NCBI GenBank assembly: GCA_046350815.1 | Contig: JAXLZO010000001.1 | Coordinates: 300,001-332,000, forward strand | Direction of reading: 5' to 3' | DNA: 32,000 nt | From: Candidatus Saccharimonadota bacterium | GTDB taxonomy: Bacteria > Patescibacteriota > Gracilibacteria > BD1-5 > UBA2023 | In this document: positions 21,150-32,000 of the stretch, one piece after another | Layout: every line of letters starts with the position of its first letter | How positions within the stretch are numbered: position 1 is the first letter of the stretch | Position numbers and translations under genes: made by a program | The notes under the pieces: generated by a model | Seen by the model: only the letters and a program-made list of their open reading frames with translations | Told to the model about the DNA's origin: nothing | The model's database searches: none

Positions 21150-21815
21150 ATGGCACAGTACTCTCAATTTGCAGAGCAATTTAGTAGGACACGAGAATGA
21201 CTTGTTTGGCCTGAGATAGCAATGATTCTTGAGTGTATTCTCAGCTGAAATTATTCCCCTAAAAATATTCTTGATATAGGTTGTTGATCGGGTCGCTTTT
21301 TTCAGAATATCATAGATTTTATACCATTGGATATACCATTAGTATGAATCGACCCATGTAGAGAGCTTCTTGATGTTGCACATGCAAAACAATATCATCA
21401 AAAAAATATTACTTGGCTAGAATGATCGTTTGAATCAATGGAGAATTTGAATCTTGGTCAATTTGATATAATCGCAGCTATCGCTTCTTTTCATCATATT
21501 ATTTGAAAGTGAGATTCACAGCAAGCTGTTCTATCGATTTTTAATCATCTTCTTCCTGGTGGATACTTTGCTATGACGAATTGGAATTTGTTCCATGAGC
21601 AGTATCAGTGAAAATATGGAAAATACCGGACGGAAGAGAATAATCAGGTCTATTATAATATTCCTTTTGATGGAAATCACCGTAGGTATGTTGCATGGAG
21701 CATGAAAGAACTACAAGAATTATTTGATCCACAATACTGGAATATTCTTCTTCATACAGCTACACCAGAAACAGAAAAGAATATTATTACAATAGTTCAG
21801 AAAAAATCGGTTTAA
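21150..21815 (+). CDS. Class I SAM-dependent methyltransferase
   Basis: Motif I ILDIGC(G)SGRF, post-I VGIDP, and FDIIAAIASFHH. 221 aa. Confidence 0.8.
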
Positions 21816-21828
21816 CCGATTTTTTTTG
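21801..21828 (+). terminator. Short A/T-flanked hairpin shared by convergent genes
   Basis: aaaaaatcgg-ttt-aaccgattttttt. Both convergent stop codons lie inside it. Confidence 0.45.
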
Positions 21829-22267
21829 AGCGTTTCTTGAAATAATGGTAAATATCAGATGGGAGTAATGCGATATCAATGAATAGTTTCTTTATTGATT
21901 TTCCAATTATTATAAGACTTTCTTTGGTTCATTGAGCGGCTCATTGTATTCAAGTTGGTACTGTTTCTATCAGTGGTGGTATTTCTTTTGAAGAAGACAT
22001 ACCTACTGACATTCTATTTAATGGATTGTGAGGAGAATCAACCGATGCAACTGCTATTTCATCATTATTTTTATCTTCTTTACCTTCTGTTATATGAAGA
22101 ATTTCTTCTAGTTCTCTTAATGATTGATCTGCTCTTTTACGGTTGTGTTCAATAACAATTTTTTTTAGATCTCAAAGCTGTTTCTTGGGATTTTCTATTT
22201 CGATAATCTCTGTTAGTTCAGATTTCTCAATATTATCTCATTGGGGGCGCTCATGAAGATTGTCCAT
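21812..22267 (-). CDS. Acidic hypothetical protein
   Basis: 152 codons free of TAA/TAG. MDNLHERPQ(G)DNIEKSELTEIIEIENPKKQL...KKLFIDIALLPSDIYHYFKKRSKKIG. It starts 9 nt after the TPR gene stop. Confidence 0.5.
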
Positions 22268-22275
22268 AATATTTT

Positions 22276-23709
22276 TTAATTAGCAATATTTGTATCGGCT
22301 GTGGGTGTGTTTTTAATAATATCAGTTTGGATTTTCATAAGTATTCATTCGAGGATATTTTCTCTATCTCTTTTCTTGATAGTATCGAATATTGTTTGAG
22401 CTTCACTATATTTCTGATCGCTCATTGCTTGCAAGAGTTTTGCATAATCCATGATGATAGAGGAGTTGTTCTCTATACTTACCTGAGATAGAAGTGTATC
22501 ACCTTCTTGTTTTTTGTCGAGAAGATATCGTGTTGCAACGTAGTATGAGATAATATCAGGATCATTTGGATAACTTTTATAAGCATCCTCACTCCACCTT
22601 TCCATCGCGAGCTTCGAATCTTGTAGAATAGCGATCAGAAGCGCTGTAGTATAATCATTGCTTGTAGCACTCTCATCCTTGAGTATATATCCAAAAACTG
22701 TGAGCATATGTTCATAGTTTTTCAGCTGAGCATCAACATGAATAATTTTTCGCTCAATATCAATTTTTGGCGTATATCATGCAAGTACTCATCGATTGAG
22801 TACATCACTTGCGCCAATCCAATCTTTGAGTTCAATTTTTGTTTGTCCAAGAGCAAAAAGTGATGCTGTATCTAGAGGATTCTGTGAGAGATATGATACG
22901 AATAAATCATTTGCTTCTTTATATGATCACATATCATATACACTAAATGCAGCAATTTTCTTTGCAGGAGTATAATCCGGGCGATTGGTAAGAATAGTTT
23001 TGATGAGGCTGTTGCTCACATAAGGTTCGCCTATTTTGTACCATGCGCCAGCAATGATAGTGTCACGATAGTAGTGGTCTTGTGTTACATCATTACTACG
23101 TGCGTAGCTTTCTTTGAGTATCTTTAGTGGTTCATATGATCAGCTATATTCATTGAGTGTGACAATACAGTTTTCTACTCATGTGATACAGGTTCGAGCA
23201 ACTCGAAGATATTCTGTTTCATTTTTTGATAGAGGAATATTTTTTTGTAGAGTTTCATCTTTTATCGTATCGCTTCTTGTGTAGGATCTGAGAAAAATAG
23301 TCTTAGTTTGTCATGAAAGAGAAGCTATTTTTGGTGTCAGAGTCGTGATAACATCGTCGTATCTTTTGAGATTGTAGAGACTGGTTGTGTATTTTTCTAG
23401 TAAAATTGCATCATTCGGGGTTTTGGAGAGAGCAGCGGAGTAATATTTCTCTGCTTCGTCATACCGAGCTTCCAACATCGCAAGATCCCCTTGTTCACTC
23501 AGGTTTCTATTCGCGTATCTTCCACGTGCAAGGGTTATTCTATCCATGAGACTCGTTTCCTCTTCCTCGTGAATAGTTATTCAACTTTCGGATTGATTTG
23601 GACTAGTATCATTTTTCAGGGTTTTCACTCATGTATACGATCAAACACATCCTCATAAAAGAAATAATGATAATAAAAAAAGTAGTATTCGAAGAAAAAA
23701 AGTGTTCAT
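22276..23709 (-). CDS. TPR-repeat lipoprotein
   Basis: Signal peptide and lipobox MNTFFLRILLFLLSLFLL(G)GC, with the lipobox Gly encoded by TGA 23653-23655. TPR-like repeats follow (AMLEARYDEAEKYYSAALSKTPNDA, YKEANDLFVSYLSQNPLD, YSEAQTIFDTI). Track ORFs 23311-23547 and 22345-22707 share the frame. Confidence 0.75.
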
Positions 23710-23791
23710 AAATAATTCATCAAAGTTCCCTATAGTATAAGCAAGATTAATAAGTACCCAAAGATTTTTTGAGTTCTTTTTTCAAAATTGC

Positions 23792-23818
23792 TTGACTCTT
23801 CTCGGAAATTCTTATAAT
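23792..23818 (+). promoter_or_regulatory. Promoter TTGACT-N15-TATAAT for tRNA-Ser(UGA)
   Basis: gcTTGACTcttctcggaaattctTATAATcc, 24 nt upstream of the tRNA 5' end. Confidence 0.55.
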
Positions 23819-23842
23819 CCATCACGCGCTCAAGGATCTTAT

Positions 23843-23930
23843 GGAGGGATGGCAGAGCGGTTGAATGCACCGGTCTTGAAAACCGGCAGGCCGAAAGGTC
23901 TCCAGGGTTCGAATCCCTGTTCCTCCGCCA
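23843..23930 (+). tRNA. tRNA-Ser (anticodon TGA)
   Basis: Cloverleaf folded by hand. Acceptor GGAGGGA/TTCCTCC, anticodon loop cTTGAaa, long variable arm, T-loop GGTTCGAATCC, encoded CCA. Confidence 0.9.
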
Positions 23931-23941
23931 TTTTATTATCA

Positions 23942-23971
23942 AAAACACTGAAGAAATTTCTTCAGTGTTTT
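23942..23971. terminator. Perfect palindromic, bidirectional terminator
   Basis: aaaacactgaagaaatttcttcagtgtttt, between the tRNA-Ser 3' end and the stop of the HExxH gene. Confidence 0.7.
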
Positions 23972-23975
23972 AAGT

Positions 23976-24905
23976 TTATCTACCTTGTTCTACCCAGTTT
24001 AAAAGAGACAGTAATGTATTATTATCCACTTTATAATCAGGATTTGTAATATGCAAAAGATGAAATAATGATGTAAGTCGCTCAGGTGTATATACACAGT
24101 TCATAAGTTGATCCCTATAAGTATTACAAAAGTCTATAAAATCGGTTTTTCTCGACTGTTTTCCGAGTAAAATTTGTGCTGCTAAAAGTTTTTGTGCCAA
24201 TAAAGATCCTAAGGTATATTGGTCCATAATATCTCCATTAGATCATCAACCAGCTCTTCTTATTCCATCATCATGAGTGTAAGATCATTTTACAATGGTT
24301 GCTTCGGCACCAGTTAAGTGTCCAAAACATTCAAGGATAATTTTATATGCGCTCGATCAACCTATCTGAAGTAATGATTTTTGGGTATAAGATGAGCGTA
24401 ATGTGGTGATATATCGAAAATACCAATGATTAATTTCATGATTGAGGGTATTAATAAGCTCGTTTTCATTTGGTATTCTTCATAAATATATACCAATATG
24501 GGTTTTACTCGGACTATACAAACCTTCCAAATATGCTGATTTAGTAGTTGATTCCGTTATGTCTTGTGTATATACATATCCAAATACACTAGGATCATCA
24601 AGTATTTCTCATTCGTTATTTTTAAGGTATTTTATAATATTTCCAGCGACAGGAATTAAATTTGTTTTAATGAGTTGTTTCTCATGCTCACTTACTCATA
24701 ACATAGATATTTGTCGATTCAGAGCTTCTTCGGTGATTTTTAGAATTCGCTGAGGAGTTAAAGATCTCTCGTGACTATTATTTTGGATAATATGAGATAC
24801 TGTTTGATGCATATCCGTGCAAACTACCTGTGCAGAATTCTGTAATACTGCAGCGTTATTTCATATTGAAGTAGCTGAATGAGGTTCATTTTGATTTATT
24901 TCCAT
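23976..24905 (-). CDS. Hypothetical protein with an HExxH zinc-metallopeptidase-like motif
   Basis: 310 codons, extending track ORF 23976-24227 upstream through TGAs. ...IGIYL(G)[23 protein letters not shown].... No signal peptide. Confidence 0.55.
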
Positions 24906-25037
24906 ACAGTAAACATTAATTATACTTTATAAATCCTATCATAAAAAATAAAATATGTCTAATTTTGAAGTTAACTTATTTTAAATTAATTGAGAAAAAA
25001 CAAGATAAAATCCCCATAAGAAAACTGAAAACTTCTT

Positions 25038-25064
25038 TTGACATTTTATCAAATTTCTTATAAT
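25038..25064 (+). promoter_or_regulatory. Promoter TTGACA-N15-TATAAT for tRNA-Ser(GCU) and the CAU tRNA
   Basis: tTTGACAttttatcaaatttctTATAATcc. Same layout and same cTTATAATcc context as 23792-23818. Confidence 0.55.
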
Positions 25065-25088
25065 CCCCGAGTATCTTTTCGGATATAT

Positions 25089-25181
25089 GGTGGGTTACTC
25101 AAGTGGCTGAAGAGGCGGGTTTGCTAAACCTGTAGGGCGCAGCAATGTGCCGCCGGGGTTCGAATCCCCGACCCACCGCCA
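25089..25181 (+). tRNA. tRNA-Ser (anticodon GCT)
   Basis: Acceptor GGTGGGT/ACCCACC, anticodon loop tTGCTaa, long variable arm, T-loop GGTTCGAATCC, encoded CCA. Confidence 0.9.
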
Positions 25182-25245
25182 TTTTTTCAAGATAATACAC
25201 CCTTCGGGGATGAGAAGTAAGATCCAGCGAGCGAAGCGAGTCGGA

Positions 25246-25264
25246 AATCCCCGACCCACCGCCA
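25246..25264 (+). repeat. Direct repeat of the 3' end of tRNA-Ser(GCU)
   Basis: aatccccgacccaccgcca is identical at 25163-25181 and 25246-25264. The copy lacks the 5' two-thirds of the tRNA. Confidence 0.8.
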
Positions 25265-25292
25265 GTTACATATTTCAAGAAATTCAAATTTT

Positions 25293-25368
25293 GGGCCTAT
25301 AGCTCAGTGGTTAGAGCAGTCGGCTCATAACCGATTGGTCCCTGGTTCAATCCCAGGTGGGCCCACCA
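25293..25368 (+). tRNA. tRNA with CAT anticodon (elongator Met, or lysidine-dependent Ile2)
   Basis: Acceptor GGGCCTA/TGGGCCC, loop cTCATaa, encoded CCA. It is not an initiator: positions 1-72 pair and there is no GGG/CCC anticodon stem. The acceptor and D arm look Ile-like. Confidence 0.85.
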
Positions 25369-25381
25369 TCAATGAATATTT

Positions 25382-25413
25382 AAAAAGCTTCAGCATCTTC
25401 GTTGAAGCTTTTT
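25382..25413. terminator. Rho-independent, bidirectional terminator
   Basis: aaaaagcttcagc-atcttc-gttgaagcttttt, between the tRNA cluster and the convergent membrane-protein gene. Confidence 0.7.
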
Positions 25414-25452
25414 AAATATTATTTTCTATTTTGAGAATATATTGAATGGATA

Positions 25453-26499
25453 TTAATCTTGAAAATCTCGAAAGGTTGGGAATAATTTCCCAACAAACTC
25501 ATCTATTTTTGTCTCCATTCTTTTAAAATAAATTGCTATAAAAATAATTCCTATACCGATACTAGAAAGAATAAAAGGAAAAAGTAGGCTTCCTGAAAAT
25601 ACTGTATATGAAAGATGGCTAATATAACCAAATATTCCGAGAGCCCCAAACACCACAAATACTCTTCTTAGAAAAATCATACCTAAGAACAAGAGTCCAA
25701 TATTTATGATGCAATAAATTATCGGTCACCAAAATGATCATGAATTCATCATGGATAATGATCACCAAAATATAATTGTACCAAATAGAGATAACCAAAA
25801 TCAAAAATCGGGTTTTCTTTTATTGTAGATATCCATAATTAAACTTCAGATTATCATTAGTATCCCGAATCAAAAAGATATATTTCTTTTTATCTCATAT
25901 CATAACTCATAAGAATCATATGACACATCTCGGAAGATATAATCTCAAACATCCATGCTCATATACCAAAGAGTAATTGCAAGTGGCATGAGCATAAAAG
26001 GATATCTATAACGAAAAAAAGCTATGCAAGATCATATGAGTGTCCCAATTTCCATAGTAAGCCACTTTCCATTAATTTCAGTATGATATGAGTGATAGAA
26101 TGTTGGTTCGTCCCATAATCCCATTAACTTCTGTATAGTATAGATTGCGAGAGGAATAAGTGCGATACCTAATGTTGCAAAAATTCACGCAGGAACTGTA
26201 AAATTCCTCTTTCTAAGAGACTCTGCAAGTCAAAATGCAACAAATAAGTATAAAGTTGCAATCATAAATCATACAAAGTCACCAAAAGACTCCCAGGCCA
26301 TTCCAAGAAAAAACGACATAGCACCTATAGCTATTCCTCCACCAAGGTAGTAGAGAATATTTATAAATGAGAACTTTGCACTTCTTGAATCTTCTTTTGT
26401 TGTAAAAAAATTCCAAAGAGAAAGTGCTTGCTCATTCGTAATAAAACCTTGATTTACAGCTTTCTCAAAGTCAGATTTTATAATTTTTATTGTTTCCAT
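25453..26499 (-). CDS. Polytopic membrane protein with a short soluble N-terminal domain (family not determined)
   Basis: 349 codons linking track ORFs 26269-26499 and 25453-25692 in one frame. METIKIIKSDFEKAVNQGFITNEQALSLWNFF..., followed by about 9 hydrophobic segments. Confidence 0.65.
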
Positions 26500-26584
26500 A
26501 GCTCAATTTATTGAATAAAAAATTGAGCCTAGCATACTTTATAGAAAAAATCAAAAAATTACCTAATGAACGGTAGGTTTTTGT

Positions 26585-27475
26585 TTAGATGTTTCCAAAT
26601 TCCCCATTTTGATATTCTCTCAAGGCACGCTCGAGTCATTCTTCACTATCCATAACGAATGGTCCGTAGTGATATACTGGTTCTTGGATTGGCTCTCATG
26701 CGAATATGAGAATCTCAGATTTTCATTCTGATTGCATTGTTATAACCTCATTCAATTCCACACTTTCGAGAAAATCTCCAGTGGATACTTGGAAATTATC
26801 CACGGTGAGTTTTCCATTCCTTACAAGAATATAGAGCTTATAAGTGAGCGGAATATCGAGAGGTGTACTCTTGTGATTACTATTCTCATCAAAAGAGAGA
26901 TTTGCCATAAAAATCGGACTTTGTGCTTTCGCGGGTCCAATTTTTCAAAGATATTCTCCTGCCATGAGTTGCATAATAGTGCTATCATTGATCTTAATAG
27001 TAGGAATATCTTTTGATGTGATCGATTGGTATCAAGGAGAGATTTCTTTTTGATCCTTTGGAAGATTCACCCATATTTGGGCAAATTCCAAATATCCACC
27101 AGTTTTATTGAATGTGGTTTCTAGATATTCTTGATGAATAATTCCTCGTCCGGCAGTCATCCACTGAACATTTCCTGGTCAGATAATACCACCATTTCCT
27201 CCAGAATCTTTATGTTCTACGCTTCCAGAATATACAATGGTGACAGTTTCAAATCCTTTATGAGGATGTTGTCCGACTCATCGTTTTCTCGGCTGTTCTA
27301 GAAGATGATTTGTTTTCTGTGGAGGTGTATACGTAGGCGACTCATAATCAAACATCAGAAATGGAGATGAGTGTATTCCGATTTCTTGGGAGTATCTGGG
27401 AATGAGATTGTGCACGAGGAAGCCATCCCCAACCCAGTGCTTTCTGTGTTCGTTTTTAATAATATATTTATTCAT
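26585..27475 (-). CDS. Pirin-family (bicupin) protein
   Basis: R(G)[32 protein letters not shown](G)[17 protein letters not shown]; C-terminal A(G)[19 protein letters not shown]. Confidence 0.9.
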
Positions 27476-27675
27476 ATGATTGTTATTGATAATTTTACCG
27501 TAGCACTAAGACATTTTTGACATGACAAAGTTGTCTTGGACAAGTATAGGAAATAGGTTTCTTTTTTCAACTATATTTCTTATTCATTTTTTTGAAAATA
27601 AAATTCGAATTCCTTATACATAAAGGATTTCTTTGGGACTTGTTTTTTTAGAGGAATTTTTTCTTGTATTTTCTT

Positions 27676-27703
27676 TTGACACCCCAATCATTTTCTATAC
27701 AAT
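27676..27703 (+). promoter_or_regulatory. rRNA operon promoter TTGACA-N16-TACAAT
   Basis: tTTGACAccccaatcattttctaTACAATcc, ~175 nt upstream of the 16S 5' end. Confidence 0.5.
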
Positions 27704-27880
27704 CCCCCTCGCTTTCGCAAGAGGTAACCCCTCCATCGAAAAGGTCATTAACACTCAACACAAGAAGAAAACTCCATCTCATACAAGAGATGGTTTTAAG
27801 TAATATCGAGTGTTCGCGTAAGCGAAACACTCACAATCAAGATAACAGCGAATCGCGCAAGCGATTCAAAGCTATCGTTC

Positions 27881-29408
<1,528 letters not shown>

Positions 29409-29820
29409 CAATAGTCTCATATGATGATGGATGTTTTCTTCTGGTGCCGAGTGTCAATGACTCTGTTCATTAACAAACACAAAGTATAAAACGATTAGTT
29501 AAAAAGCAATTTAACTGAAAAATAAAAAAGAAAATGAGTAAAGAAAAACAAAGAAATAAAAAGAACCAAAAAAGAGTAGTCTTTTCAAATTCTCATATTT
29601 CCAGTCTTTCTATTCAATTTCACCAAAACTCTTAGAATAGATGAGTAGCAATACTCTTATTATTCCTAAGAATAGTTATCAGTTTGAATTCTTTCGCTAA
29701 ACGAGTATCAACAACAAACACAAAGAGAATAAAAAGCTAATCTAGAGATAGAAGGCACTCAAGATATACTTCCCGTCATACGGAAATATATCTCCTTCTA
29801 TCTTATTCTGGTATAAATAT
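29409..29820 (+). other. 16S-23S internal transcribed spacer with no tRNA
   Basis: AT-rich, with no cloverleaf detectable. A 10-bp inverted repeat agatagaagg/ccttctatct lies just before the 23S 5' end. Confidence 0.7.

Positions 29821-32000
<2,180 letters not shown>

Noticed and set aside
25099-25287. Track ORF on the minus strand across tRNA-Ser(GCU) and its repeat.
   Set aside because: It is antisense to a well-folding tRNA and the spacer. It is an artefact of a GC-rich segment.
23843-25368. The tRNA cluster as the boundary of an intact integrated mobile element.
   Set aside because: No integrase, excisionase, transposase or phage-like gene lies in or beside it. Only the 19-nt repeat and one orphan gene are present, so at most it is a remnant.
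1947-27475. Reading TGA as Trp (table 4, Mycoplasma-like) or treating the fragmented genes as pseudogenes.
   Set aside because: The TGA positions fall on invariant Gly residues (GxGxG, DNGGG, GKG, RGPRG). About 25 genes would all have to be pseudogenes while remaining free of TAA/TAG.
27517-27550. TTGACA at 27517-27522 and the small inverted repeat gacaa-ag-ttgtc, as a second rRNA or pirin promoter/operator.
   Set aside because: No acceptable -10 hexamer lies 15-18 nt away on either strand, and the 5-bp repeat is too short to be meaningful.

Overview
This low-GC window only makes sense if TGA is read as a sense codon. The standard-code ORF track splits every housekeeping gene at in-frame TGAs (uvrA becomes five same-frame pieces). 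Reading TGA through gives single long frames that end in TAA or TAG. Wherever a TGA falls in an invariant family motif, the expected residue is Gly. This points to translation table 25, so the source is probably a Gracilibacteria or Absconditabacteria (SR1) type Patescibacteria/CPR genome. I re-derived all CDS coordinates by hand under that code.

Gene content, in order:
- Minus-strand array (12113 down to 1): four unknown genes (two small soluble proteins, a coiled-coil/TM protein and a Phe-rich polytopic membrane protein), then pepA, comF, uvrA, murB, an RluB/RsuA-type pseudouridine synthase and an SLH-domain surface protein whose 3' part is frame-broken.
- Plus block: S41 Ctp peptidase, glyA and one unknown gene.
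- Minus block: comEC (no beta-lactamase domain), an lgt-like gene and rny.
- Plus block: a Cys-rich protein, a 2Fe-2S ferredoxin-like protein, era and a SAM methyltransferase.
- Minus block: one unknown gene and a TPR lipoprotein.
- tRNA cluster: Ser-UGA, Ser-GCU and a CAU tRNA. It encloses an orphan HExxH protein gene and a duplicated tRNA 3'-end fragment.
- A polytopic membrane protein and a pirin.
- An rRNA operon: complete 16S, a 411-nt tRNA-less spacer and the 5' ~2.2 kb of 23S.

I found no CRISPR array, transposase, integrase or recognisable defence system.

The most notable items are:
- the recoding itself;
- old TGA stops, including two ATGA start/stop junctions, that are now read through;
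- the unknown four-gene membrane cluster;
- a promoter-driven ~400-nt structured leader ahead of the surface-protein gene;
- a hairpin-rich spacer ending in a terminator ahead of murB.
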